Positions 1 through 9,127 of a DNA stretch of 32,000 nt are shown here, in pieces. The notes beneath the pieces were generated by a model that worked only from the letters and a program-made list of their open reading frames with translations, had not been told where the DNA came from and did not search any database. Numbering within the stretch: the stretch's first letter is position 1; the number at the start of each line of letters is the position of its first letter. Location of the stretch: positions 2,160,001 through 2,192,000 of the forward strand of contig NZ_CP042905.2 in the NCBI RefSeq assembly GCF_008000775.2. Reading direction: 5' to 3'. The stretch is from Promethearchaeum syntrophicum. GTDB taxonomy: Archaea; Asgardarchaeota; Lokiarchaeia; Sigyniarchaeales; Promethearchaeaceae. Made by a program: the position numbers and the translations under genes.

Positions 1-6
1 TTCAAA

Positions 7-564
7 TTAAAATTCAATTCCCGGACGTGCAAGGATTCCCTTTTGATACGGATGTTTAATTTCCTCAAGATGAATAACGTAATCTGCGATATCTTCCAGT
101 TCTGGTATTCCTTGATGGCCTGTTATTATAACTTCAATTTCTGGATTTTTATCTCTTAAAATTCGTATAAAATTTTTTGTTTCCCACAAATTCAATTTAA
201 TCATGGAACCAACTTCATCTAAAACTATTAAATCATATTTTTTGGAAGTTAGAACTTCTTTTACTTTATTTAGTGCATTTTTAGCCATTTCCATTTGACT
301 GGCAATCTGTTTTTCAGATTTGATGAAATTAAATTCTCCAAATTGAATAATCGGAATGTTTAATTTTTCGGTTAATGTAATATATTCGCCATAGAAAAAA
401 CCTTTCTGGGCAGTAGGATCATGTTTTTTTAAGAATTGTATGAGAATAGTCCGTAAATTTCTTCCTAATGCCCTAACAATATGTCCAAGCCCTATCGAAG
501 TTTTACCACAACCCATACCAAAGTAGTAATGTATTAATCCAGTTTTGAATTGATTTTTAGACAT
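7..564 (-). CDS. cobO: cob(I)yrinic acid a,c-diamide (corrinoid) adenosyltransferase, CobA/CobO/BtuR family
   Basis: ORF 7..648. The internal ATG at 564 (MSKNQFK...) is preferred over the upstream extension. P-loop GMGCGKTS, LIVLDEV Walker-B-like segment, and C-terminal KHPYQKGILARPGIEF typical of this family. Confidence 0.8.
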   Translation of the reverse strand: MSKNQFKTGLIHYYFGMGCGKTSIGLGHIVRALGRNLRTILIQFLKKHDPTAQKGFFYGEYITLTEKLNIPIIQFGEFNFIKSEKQIASQMEMAKNALNKVKEVLTSKKYDLIVLDEVGSMIKLNLWETKNFIRILRDKNPEIEVIITGHQGIPELEDIADYVIHLEEIKHPYQKGILARPGIEF

Positions 565-707
565 TATTTTACATTTTGAAAGAATCTTTAAATCAATTTT
601 GATCCTAATAATTAATATAAATATTGAATAACCCATCAAAGGTGTCAAAAATTCAAAAAAAAAGAGAAACGATAAAGAGCATTTTCCATCGCGAAATCGA
701 AGAGGAT

Positions 708-1466
708 ATGAAGAAATATACCATAAATATTGATAAACCTGAATTTTTTAAAGAAAATGATATAATTCAATTACCTCCTCCAGTGCAAAGATATTTTAAA
801 CATTGTGGATATATCGGAAAAGAAAAAATGGCAAATGCACAAATAAAATACGAAAGCGCCTACCTTAAAATGTCTAAAAAGCAAAAATGGATTAATATTC
901 AATGTAGGCAATATAATTCTGTTCATGAACCCACCCGTATCATATATATGAAAAGCAAAATCCTAGGAATATTTAGGTTTGAAGGTCGTGATAAATATCA
1001 CAACGGGATAGGTAATATGTTAGTTAGGTTGTTAAAACGTTTCACAGTTGTAGATGCATTAGGAAAAGAAATGGATGCATCAGCATTAGTAACCGTACTA
1101 GCAGAAGTATTTTTGGTACCGAGTTACGCTTTGCAACCTTATGTTAAATGGCAATCAATCGATGATAATTCAGCTAGAGCAACTCTTACTTTTAATGAAA
1201 CTAAGGTTAGTGCAATGTTTCATTTTAATAGCATCGGGGAAATGACTAAAATTGATACAGATGACAGGTATTTCACAGAAAAAGATGGCACCTATGCAAA
1301 TGTAAAATGGTCTGCCTTAATGTCGGACTACATCGAAAAGGAGGGAATAAAATTCCCAAGCGAGTTCAAAGGAGTATGGCATTTTAATGATGGCGATTTT
1401 GAATATTTTAAGGGTAAAATTGCACAATTAAAATTCAATATTTCTTCCCATGAAATATTCAAATAA
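708..1466 (+). CDS. hypothetical protein (N-terminal LPPPVQRYFKHCGY motif; possibly DUF6544-like)
   Basis: ORF 624..1466 begins at a TTG. The first ATG at 708 is preferred (MKKYTINID...). There are no catalytic motifs I recognise; the family assignment rests on remembered motif similarity only. Confidence 0.55.
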   Translation: MKKYTINIDKPEFFKENDIIQLPPPVQRYFKHCGYIGKEKMANAQIKYESAYLKMSKKQKWINIQCRQYNSVHEPTRIIYMKSKILGIFRFEGRDKYHNGIGNMLVRLLKRFTVVDALGKEMDASALVTVLAEVFLVPSYALQPYVKWQSIDDNSARATLTFNETKVSAMFHFNSIGEMTKIDTDDRYFTEKDGTYANVKWSALMSDYIEKEGIKFPSEFKGVWHFNDGDFEYFKGKIAQLKFNISSHEIFK

Positions 1467-1469
1467 AAA

Positions 1470-2804
1470 TTATGAAATGAATTTAAATTTCAAGAAGAAT
1501 GGCATTAATGAAACCTTCTTTGATAAAGGTAAATGCTTATAGATTTGCTCCCCGCACCAAAGATCATTTTCCTCTGGGTAATTTTCTAAATCTTGGCATC
1601 GGTAGGCTATCCAAATATTTTTCCGGAGTTGTTGAAGTTCGTTAATAGAATTTAGATAAGCATCCCAAATTGTAAATGGGGGTTTTTCATTACCACGGAA
1701 AAACATTTCGTCTGAAATTTTCCCCATTTTAAAGTATGAATTAAGTATACGCGTAGATAAAAGTTTTTCATTTTTTCTAAGATCTTGAGTAGTGAAGCTA
1801 CTTTCATTTTTATTTAGTTCGAGTAACACTTCGGATGCAATTTTTGCAGAGGCGGCTGCACCAATAACACCTTCTAAATATAGTGGATATAATAATCCTG
1901 CTGCATCACCTATTACAACTACTCGATCGGAAACTTTTGCATCAATAGGATATTTCGTGCATTTTTTATAATGAAAATCTTTGACTGTTAGTGTTTCAAT
2001 TTTTTTTTCAAGTCCTTTAAAATATTGTTGAATTGGTTGATAGTTCTGTAAAATTCGAAGAAATTTTATGCCCATTTCTTTTGGTTCTTCACTGGAAACA
2101 TATCCTATGTTAAAATAATCAATTGCTCGATTTAACCAAAGCATTCCCTCCAAGCTTATTTGAGGGTGAAGTCTAAATATATAATCTGCAGGAATATTCT
2201 TCATGATAAGAGACGGATCATTTTTGAAAGTTGCTGTAATTGAATTTAAAATTGTGGGTGTTTGAAATCCAAGATCTTGTTGGAGCTGAATCCCTGAAGC
2301 CCCTGTTGCAAGAATTACAGCTTTAACATTAATTTTTTTGACTTCAGCTTCAATATCAGTTTTTTTTTCTGATAGCAAAGTAAGTTGAGCATTTTCCTTT
2401 AGAATTTTTATCCCAGTTACTTCATGTTTCCACTGAATAGTTCCTCCATATTCTATTCCCTTATTTAGATACCATTGAATCAATTGATATTCATCAGCAA
2501 GTTTACCTAAAGGAGCTCCAAACTCCTTTCCGTCCACTAATGCTTCAATATTGCGTGATGCATAAATGCTAGTCCAATGATCGCGCACAAATATATCTAC
2601 ATTATTTTTCGGAATTTCGGGCATAAAGGGGAAATCATGTTCACAAACTAGTTTACATAATAGATAGGGTATGGATCTATCTTTTTTATCAATGATGATG
2701 CATGAACAACCCTCTTTAGTTAAATTATAAAATGCAATAACTCCTGCAATCCCCGCACCAATAATAGCAAAATCATAATCATATATTTTTTCATTTGTTA
2801 TCAT
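1470..2804 (-). CDS. FAD-dependent oxidoreductase, geranylgeranyl reductase family
   Basis: ORF 1470..2876 starts at a GTG. The ATG at 2804 gives MITNEKIYDYDFAIIGAGIAGV (GxGxxG FAD fold). GDAAGLLYPLYLEGV matches the GGR-family GDAAG motif. Confidence 0.75.
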   Translation of the reverse strand: MITNEKIYDYDFAIIGAGIAGVIAFYNLTKEGCSCIIIDKKDRSIPYLLCKLVCEHDFPFMPEIPKNNVDIFVRDHWTSIYASRNIEALVDGKEFGAPLGKLADEYQLIQWYLNKGIEYGGTIQWKHEVTGIKILKENAQLTLLSEKKTDIEAEVKKINVKAVILATGASGIQLQQDLGFQTPTILNSITATFKNDPSLIMKNIPADYIFRLHPQISLEGMLWLNRAIDYFNIGYVSSEEPKEMGIKFLRILQNYQPIQQYFKGLEKKIETLTVKDFHYKKCTKYPIDAKVSDRVVVIGDAAGLLYPLYLEGVIGAAASAKIASEVLLELNKNESSFTTQDLRKNEKLLSTRILNSYFKMGKISDEMFFRGNEKPPFTIWDAYLNSINELQQLRKNIWIAYRCQDLENYPEENDLWCGEQIYKHLPLSKKVSLMPFFLKFKFIS

Positions 2805-3256
2805 TTTTAGGTCTCTTAAATCTAATGATAAAAAAAAGGTATTCCACTTATTTAATGAATATGTATAATTAAACACATTTCTTTACAGAAGACGATAAAA
2901 CTATTACCCTATAATAATAAGAAAATCGTTAAAGAATATTGTGAAAATTACGTGTATTTTAGTCTTTAAAAAGGGAAAAAATGACTGATTTATCCGGCAA
3001 TAGGAACATTTTACGCCCGTAGAAGGGAATTAGGATAAAAATCTTATTTTCCAGATTTTAAATATGTATCATAAATCACAATTTTATAGGGGAAAAAATG
3101 ATCTATTTCTTGGTAAAAAAGGTATTCTGTTAAGATAAATGGATAAAATTTAATCTAACAATCTTATATTTTTTTTAATTCTTTTTCAAAATAAGAAAAA
3201 CACCTCAAAATTTTTAGGATTGATCATGCATTGTTCTATTAAATCTATTTTACAAG

Positions 3257-3748
3257 GTGAATAAACTGCCAACGAAAAGAATTAAAGTGCCGGTCAAAAA
3301 ACATGCCAAAGGAGAAAGTTTCTCTAAAGAACTTGAAAAATTCGGGCGTTATATTGTGGGGGTTTCATTAGAATCTCTAAAAACAGTGGGAAAATATGAT
3401 GCGTTAAATCGAACAAATGAATTCTACTTTAGGGTAAATTCGAGTGATGTGTTTAGAACAAGAGTTCCGAATAAAGGAAACATTGAACTCCGAGAAAATC
3501 AATCTTTTCTTTCAAAATCTGATAAGTTAACGTTATGGTCTGAATTTGTGAAATTTAAAAAAGAAGAAGAAAAAGTAATCGAAGTTGAGATACAACTCCG
3601 GGAAGAAGATCCAGGTTTGGATAAAGTATTAGCTAAGAAAAAATATAAAATTAAATGCCCCACCGCTACGAAATATGAGATTTTACAGAGTAAAGATGGA
3701 AAAACCAAAGCTAAATTAAAGATTTTCGCAAAAAAGACACTTTACTAA
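3257..3748 (+). CDS. hypothetical lysine-rich, predicted beta-rich protein; start codon uncertain
   Basis: 163-codon ORF with no internal Met. It begins with a GTG that is embedded in a GGTGA Shine-Dalgarno-like pentamer. A T7 run follows the stop. No recognisable enzymatic motif. Confidence 0.5.
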   Translation: MNKLPTKRIKVPVKKHAKGESFSKELEKFGRYIVGVSLESLKTVGKYDALNRTNEFYFRVNSSDVFRTRVPNKGNIELRENQSFLSKSDKLTLWSEFVKFKKEEEKVIEVEIQLREEDPGLDKVLAKKKYKIKCPTATKYEILQSKDGKTKAKLKIFAKKTLY

Positions 3749-3876
3749 TTTAGTGTTTTTTTGTTTTAATATGTCGTTAATAAAAAAATGACCAAAATGA
3801 AAAATTTAAAAAAGAAATGGAAATTTGTTTTAATTGATCTTTAAAAATATACTTGATCCAAAGATGATTACGAGCC

Positions 3877-4164
3877 ATGATGAAAAATACCAATTTCTTT
3901 CAATTATTTAGGAAACGAGGTTTCTCTGAAACAATCGAAATTCTACAAGATTTTCCTAATTATGAAGCAATACAATCAAAATTTTTTGAAAAATTAGTGG
4001 AATCCAATTCATACCCTAACACTTTTTTTAGAGTTAAAGGTAGTCTATTGAAACATAATATTATTGCCTATAAACTTAACAATAATAATGAAAAGGTAAT
4101 TTTCCTAACAGAAAAAGGTCTAGATGTTTGGAATCGTATCCAAGAAATTGAAAAGATCTTATAA
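3877..4164 (+). CDS. small winged-helix (wHTH) DNA-binding-like protein
   Basis: 95 aa. The pattern ETIEILQDFP...FFRVKGSLLKHNIIAYKL...VIFLTEKGLDVWNRIQEIE resembles small archaeal wHTH regulators (helix-turn-helix, beta wing, then a C-terminal helix). Confidence 0.55.
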   Translation: MMKNTNFFQLFRKRGFSETIEILQDFPNYEAIQSKFFEKLVESNSYPNTFFRVKGSLLKHNIIAYKLNNNNEKVIFLTEKGLDVWNRIQEIEKIL

Positions 4165-4319
4165 TTCTTTAAAATTTCTTTATAGAAGAGATTGAATTTC
4201 TTTTTTTTTAATCTTTTTTTCTTAATCATTATTTCTTCAAAAAAATATTAGAAGATCACAAAAAAAGAGAGATTGTAATCCTAGATTTGGTATCCTCGAG
4301 TTAATAGAAAAATCCTTCT

Positions 4320-5093
4320 TCATTTTTCCATGAATTTCCGAGAAATCTTTGGAACAACCTTTCTGGGAGCAAATCTAACTAAGAATGTTAAAAATCTATT
4401 CTTGATACCATGCATCTTAGTCGTTTTTCCTTTCATCATTACTTTATATCCAAAGTTGGCAACAGATTTTGCAGTAGGAAGTTTTTTTCCCTTTACAATG
4501 TTTGATTCTTGAACATCTGCTTTTTCTTGAAATCCCGTTTTTGTTGCGCCTGGACAAAGTACTGTAACAGAGACACCTGTTCCTTGTAATTCATTCGCAA
4601 TCCCTTCAGAAAAAGAAAGAACATAGGCTTTTGTAGCAGCATACATGGATAATAATGGGGTAGGTTGAAATGAAGCATTAGATCCTAAGTTCATTATTCT
4701 ACCGCTTCCATTTTTTACCATATCTTTTACGAAGAGTTTAGTAAATTGAGTCAATGCAATGATATTTAGGTTCAACATCTCTTTTTCTCCTTCCCATTCT
4801 GTTTCATGAAATTTCCCCCAGATACCAAATCCTGCATTGTTAATTAAATACTCAACATGAATATTCTTCTCTTTAAGTTCATTATATACTTCTAATGCAG
4901 CATCATTCAAGCTGAGATCTTTCGTAATTACAATAGTTTTAATTTTATTTTTCTCTTCCAGTAGTTTTGCCAAATTCATCAATTTTTGTTCACTTCGGGC
5001 AACTAAAACGACATTTATATTATTTTTAGCAAAAATTTTGGCTAATTCATATCCTATTCCTCCCGAAGCCCCCGTAATTAAAGCATATTTCAT
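4320..5093 (-). CDS. short-chain dehydrogenase/reductase (SDR) family oxidoreductase
   Basis: TGASGGIG cofactor motif, NNAG, and the catalytic YAATKAYV (YxxxK). An RBS-like GAGAGGAA lies upstream of the ATG at 5093. Confidence 0.9.
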   Translation of the reverse strand: MKYALITGASGGIGYELAKIFAKNNINVVLVARSEQKLMNLAKLLEEKNKIKTIVITKDLSLNDAALEVYNELKEKNIHVEYLINNAGFGIWGKFHETEWEGEKEMLNLNIIALTQFTKLFVKDMVKNGSGRIMNLGSNASFQPTPLLSMYAATKAYVLSFSEGIANELQGTGVSVTVLCPGATKTGFQEKADVQESNIVKGKKLPTAKSVANFGYKVMMKGKTTKMHGIKNRFLTFLVRFAPRKVVPKISRKFMEK

Positions 5094-5215
5094 GTTATTG
5101 TTCCTCTCTATTATTGATTGTATTCTATGAATATTATCATTCCAAATTTTAAATAATCCTATAAAACATTGAAAAAGAAGTAGAAATTATATAAAAATTG
5201 TTGGGTTATAGTTTT

Positions 5216-6472
5216 TCAAAAAGTTCGTTTGAATATCAATAGAATGATAAAAACAGCCACAATGAATATACCATGAACCAGAAATGGTAAATTTAGCATT
5301 GATTCTGCAAGTAACCCGGTAACTAAAGGAGAAATTATTCCACCCAAGCCGATAAGACTCTCAAAAATGCCTGCTTTTTTACCTTTTTCTTTTTTTTCAT
5401 ACATCATTAGAAGTTCCAGTGATATATAGTATAATCTCCCGAGAATTAATCCTGTAAAAAATAAAATCACACCTATCACTATCAAATTTCTTACCCAAAA
5501 TAATAGAATTAAAAGACAAGAGAGAATAAGTATCGATGAAAGAAGTGCTTTGAATGAGTTTTTGAAAAATCGTCCTATAAAATAAAATATTATCTGTCCA
5601 ATTCCATAAATAAGCATTAATTCCCCTGTTAAAGGTTCAGATAATCCGAGTCCATCTGATAACAAAGCATAATTTGGAAAATAACTTCCTATTAGTTTAG
5701 ATTCCAAAGCATATATAAAAGCGATTGAAAATAAAAAAATGTTAATTTGTTTTAAATTTACTTTGGTTCCGTTAATTTCCCTAGGAATTTTTTCTGAATC
5801 ATTAAAATAGGCAATATCCTCAGAATTTCCACTCTTCTGAAAATCTATATTTTTTTTAGTCGGTTTTTTTATTTCTGTTAAAACAATAACTAATGCTATA
5901 ATATGAGAAAACAAAACTGTCCAAAACCCAAATATAATATCAATATCGCTAAATATTCCCCCAATGAAAGGCCCTATCGCCATCCCTAAACCCCAAGAGA
6001 TACAAAAATTATTAATACTTTCTTTATGTGCTTTGAATGAATGTTCACCCATTTCTGATAAATAAGCCTCGATAACTGGCCAGTAAAATGAAAAAAATAT
6101 ACCCCGTAATAATTGTTCAATGAAAATACTGTAAAAAACGAGTGAATGTGATGAGGGTGATGAAAAAAATGAAAAAATAATAAGCAGAAAGATTGCTAAT
6201 AAAATCTGACCTACTACCGAAATAATCAGACTAATTTTATGGTTAATTTTATCGGATATTCGACCTATTACGGCTGGCATGACCACATATGTTATTCCAT
6301 ATGCACTTAAAATCCACCCAATTTGAATTGGTGAAAAACCGTAGTTCACTCCAATAACGACAAAAAGAAAAGTTAATACGGAATTTGAAAAATCTCCAAT
6401 AAATGGTAAAATAAAAACCGTTTTCTGCTTTCTTTTTTTTCTTTTTTGCTCCACACAAAACGTAGTACTCAT
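5216..6472 (-). CDS. MFS-type transporter
   Basis: 418 aa with about 12 hydrophobic segments, an MFS-like loop motif (GRISDKINHK) and a central hydrophilic loop. Confidence 0.8.
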   Translation of the reverse strand: MSTTFCVEQKRKKRKQKTVFILPFIGDFSNSVLTFLFVVIGVNYGFSPIQIGWILSAYGITYVVMPAVIGRISDKINHKISLIISVVGQILLAIFLLIIFSFFSSPSSHSLVFYSIFIEQLLRGIFFSFYWPVIEAYLSEMGEHSFKAHKESINNFCISWGLGMAIGPFIGGIFSDIDIIFGFWTVLFSHIIALVIVLTEIKKPTKKNIDFQKSGNSEDIAYFNDSEKIPREINGTKVNLKQINIFLFSIAFIYALESKLIGSYFPNYALLSDGLGLSEPLTGELMLIYGIGQIIFYFIGRFFKNSFKALLSSILILSCLLILLFWVRNLIVIGVILFFTGLILGRLYYISLELLMMYEKKEKGKKAGIFESLIGLGGIISPLVTGLLAESMLNLPFLVHGIFIVAVFIILLIFKRTF

Positions 6473-6623
6473 TAATTATTAAATTTAACACTGCAAAATT
6501 CCATAAATAAAAAAGTGAAAAGCGAAAGAATTTAAGAAAATTAATCCAATCTAGTATTATAATATTTCATGCAATTTACTATCTACAAATATACTTAAAA
6601 ATTAAGAAAATGCGGAGAAATCG

Positions 6624-7151
6624 ATGGCAGACTACGTATTGAAAATATGTTTACTCGGTGATGGAAATGTCGGAAAAACCTCTATCGTTTACCGATATAT
6701 TGAGAACCGTTTTAGTCGTGATTTTAAATCTACTCTTGGTGTAAATTTATTAAAGAAAAAAGTAATCTTAACTGAAGGAGAAAACGCTGGAAAGATCTGT
6801 TCCATCCAAATCTGGGATCTTGGGGGTCAAAACGCCTACAGAAAATTGCGTAAACTCTATTTGGAGGGATCTCAGGGAGCTTTAGTCGTTTTCGATGTCA
6901 CATCTCAGTCTAGTTTTGATCACCTGGATGATTGGATTGAATCACTTATAGAAATCCGTGGGGACAAAGTTCCGATGATTTTAATTGGAAATAAAATTGA
7001 TTTAGAAGCTAATCGGGTTATAAACGAAATGCAAGTGCAGAAATATGCGGACAAATATAATATGCCCATTAAATTTACGAGTGCTGCAACCGGTGAGAAA
7101 GTCGAAACTGCATTTATAGAATTGATCCAAAATATTATAGAAACAATCTAA
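6624..7151 (+). CDS. Rab-like small GTPase (Ras superfamily)
   Basis: G1 GDGNVGKT, switch I KSTLGV, G3 WDLGGQ, G4 GNKIDL, G5 TSAATG. Collinear with eukaryotic Rab over the whole length. GGAG RBS 7 nt upstream of the ATG. Confidence 0.9.
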   Translation: MADYVLKICLLGDGNVGKTSIVYRYIENRFSRDFKSTLGVNLLKKKVILTEGENAGKICSIQIWDLGGQNAYRKLRKLYLEGSQGALVVFDVTSQSSFDHLDDWIESLIEIRGDKVPMILIGNKIDLEANRVINEMQVQKYADKYNMPIKFTSAATGEKVETAFIELIQNIIETI

Positions 7152-7295
7152 TTGTTACAAATTTTTCTAATTATTTTCTTAAACGTTCGAGTTTATCCAG
7201 ATATACATTTTTTGGGATACATATTATCAAACTAAAAATTCTTAAGCGGAACAAACTAAATTTTATTTGTTGTAAGGTATTTAGATAGATGGAAC

Positions 7296-7305
7296 TTTTT
7301 TTTTT
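7296..7305 (+). terminator. oligo-T tract (T10) between the two GTPase genes; possible archaeal terminator
   Basis: T10 run within an imperfect GGAAC-T10/A7-TAAATTCC palindrome, about 145 nt after the first GTPase stop and 40 nt before the second start. Confidence 0.3.
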
Positions 7306-7344
7306 AAAAAAATAAATTCCACAAAATAATTAACGTGAAAAAAC

Positions 7345-7899
7345 ATGGCAGAAAATGAGTTCGCAAGCGATTTTATCTTCAAAATTTGCGTGATTGGTGA
7401 CGGCGCTACTGGAAAAACTTCTCTCATTAAAAGATTCACACAAGGATCTTTCAATAAAGATTATATTAAAACTCTTGGTGCGCAGTTTTCAAAATTCGAA
7501 AAAATTATGGAGATTGACGGAAAAGCCATTCGGGCGCGTCTCTTTTTCTGGGATATTGCAGGCCAATCAGAGTTTCGCTTCATGAGGCCGACCTTCTATA
7601 ACGGCGCAAAAGCGACCATTGTTGTCTTTGATTTAACTCGAAAAGAGACGTATGATAATATCCGGACATGGATTGATGATATCACTCAATATTGTGGAAA
7701 ATTACCTACTGTATGCTTTGCTAATAAAAGCGATTTAATAAATGAAGCAGAATTTGATGATAGCGATATAAAAAACCTTTCTAAGGAATTAGAATTCATG
7801 GAATATTATTTGACTTCTGCAAAAACGGGTAAACACGTTCAAGATGCTTTTAATGCAATCATTGATATATTAGTGAAGAAAGCTTTAGCAGAAGGATAA
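7345..7899 (+). CDS. Rab/Ras-like small GTPase (second paralogue)
   Basis: G1 GDGATGKT, switch I IKTLGAQF, G3 WDIAGQ, G4 ANKSDL, G5 TSAKTG. Confidence 0.9.
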   Translation: MAENEFASDFIFKICVIGDGATGKTSLIKRFTQGSFNKDYIKTLGAQFSKFEKIMEIDGKAIRARLFFWDIAGQSEFRFMRPTFYNGAKATIVVFDLTRKETYDNIRTWIDDITQYCGKLPTVCFANKSDLINEAEFDDSDIKNLSKELEFMEYYLTSAKTGKHVQDAFNAIIDILVKKALAEG

Positions 7900-7988
7900 C
7901 GCCTTAACAAAACTAGTTTTTGTTAAAGAAAATACATTTATAGTCAATTTATCTCGAAATTTATGAAAAAAAGGGGACAATAATTAAA

Positions 7989-8276
7989 ATGGGGTATCCT
8001 TTAATCTATTTTTTCTCAAGTCCATATTGTGCGCCTTGTAAAACTGTCGGAAAGATGCTTGAAGAAATAAATATCAGCCTTTTTGGTAATAAGCTCAAGA
8101 TAAAAAAGGTTGACATTGCTCAAGAATTTGAGTTAGCACAAAAATTTAAAATACTTAGTGTCCCCACTATTATAATTGGAGATCAAAGATTATCTGTGAT
8201 CATAGATAAAAATGAGTTGACTGACGCAATTTTGCAAGGATTCCTATCTTCGGTATCATACTCAGAAGATGAATAA
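7989..8276 (+). CDS. small thioredoxin/glutaredoxin-fold protein (CxxC)
   Basis: 95 aa. Active-site-like CAPC near the N-terminus and a cis-Pro region ILSVPTIIIG typical of the thioredoxin fold. Confidence 0.8.
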   Translation: MGYPLIYFFSSPYCAPCKTVGKMLEEINISLFGNKLKIKKVDIAQEFELAQKFKILSVPTIIIGDQRLSVIIDKNELTDAILQGFLSSVSYSEDE

Positions 8277-8360
8277 TAAATAAAAAGATATAAAAAAACT
8301 AAAAATAATATTAGAAAACGGAATGAAAGATAATAGAAAAAAAATGTTGAGGAATTACAA

Positions 8361-8846
8361 ATGAATCGTATTTTACTTGAACAAATGCTACATAAAATGA
8401 GATCTTTCCTGATAAAGGGGAAAAACATTGGAGATTTGAAAATTGGTGCTCTTTATGCCCTTGGGAATCAATTGGATGCCGTTTATTATTTCGTTGGTCA
8501 TGAATTGGGTTCTACAATAGAAACTGGAAGAGATCATATTGTTGATACTTCAATTTTGATTGAAACATTAAAGAATTTTTCAAAAAAATATCATATCGGT
8601 AATATGATTATAGACGAATACAATGATGAGCATATTACCTTTGATCTTGAGGATTGTCCCACATGTAAGGAAATTGAAGTACCATCCACTGAAATATCAC
8701 AAGGATTTTGCTCTTTTGAAGCGGGATTATTTGCCGGTCTAGTCGAGAAATTAACAGGAAAGCATTGTTTTGCCCAAGAATTAGAATGCAAACTCCAAAA
8801 TAAATCTCCAAATTGTAAATTTATGATTGTTATTCCTAAAGATTAG
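8361..8846 (+). CDS. V4R (4-vinyl reductase) domain protein
   Basis: C-terminal GFCSFEAGLFAGLVEKLTGKHCFAQELECKLQNKSPNCKFMIV matches the V4R signature (C.f.aG...G..e...g......E..C...G...C.F.i). GAGGA RBS upstream. Confidence 0.7.
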   Translation: MNRILLEQMLHKMRSFLIKGKNIGDLKIGALYALGNQLDAVYYFVGHELGSTIETGRDHIVDTSILIETLKNFSKKYHIGNMIIDEYNDEHITFDLEDCPTCKEIEVPSTEISQGFCSFEAGLFAGLVEKLTGKHCFAQELECKLQNKSPNCKFMIVIPKD

Positions 8847-8862
8847 GAGTAGGTAGAATAAA

Positions 8863-9111
8863 ATGAGTTCAGATGAAAATATAGTAGCCTATATATTATT
8901 AATTACCGATTCAGTAAATACTGAAGAGATATATAAGAAATTGAAATCAATAGAACAAGTTAAGGAAGTTCATATGATTTATGGGGATTATGATATTATT
9001 TTCAAGGTTGAAGTAAAGAATTTAGCGGAATTATCAACCTTTACCATGGATATACGGAAAAATTTCAATATTAAATCTTCATCAACATTAATAACTTTAG
9101 CCCAGAAATAA
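8863..9111 (+). CDS. stand-alone Lrp/AsnC-type ligand-binding (RAM) domain protein
   Basis: 82 aa. AYILLITD...VKEVHMIYGDYDIIFKVEVKNLAELSTF...SSSTLITL fits the AsnC_trans_reg beta-alpha-beta-beta-alpha-beta pattern without an HTH. It starts 16 nt after the V4R stop, with an AGGAG RBS. Confidence 0.7.
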   Translation: MSSDENIVAYILLITDSVNTEEIYKKLKSIEQVKEVHMIYGDYDIIFKVEVKNLAELSTFTMDIRKNFNIKSSSTLITLAQK

Positions 9112-9127
9112 AGGAAATTTTGGTTCC

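Noticed and set aside
8183-8428. 81-aa minus-strand ORF spanning the thioredoxin/V4R intergenic region
   Set aside because: Its translation is a low-complexity Phe/Ile/Leu/Ser-rich product of an A/T-rich spacer. It overlaps both flanking genes' ends on the opposite strand.
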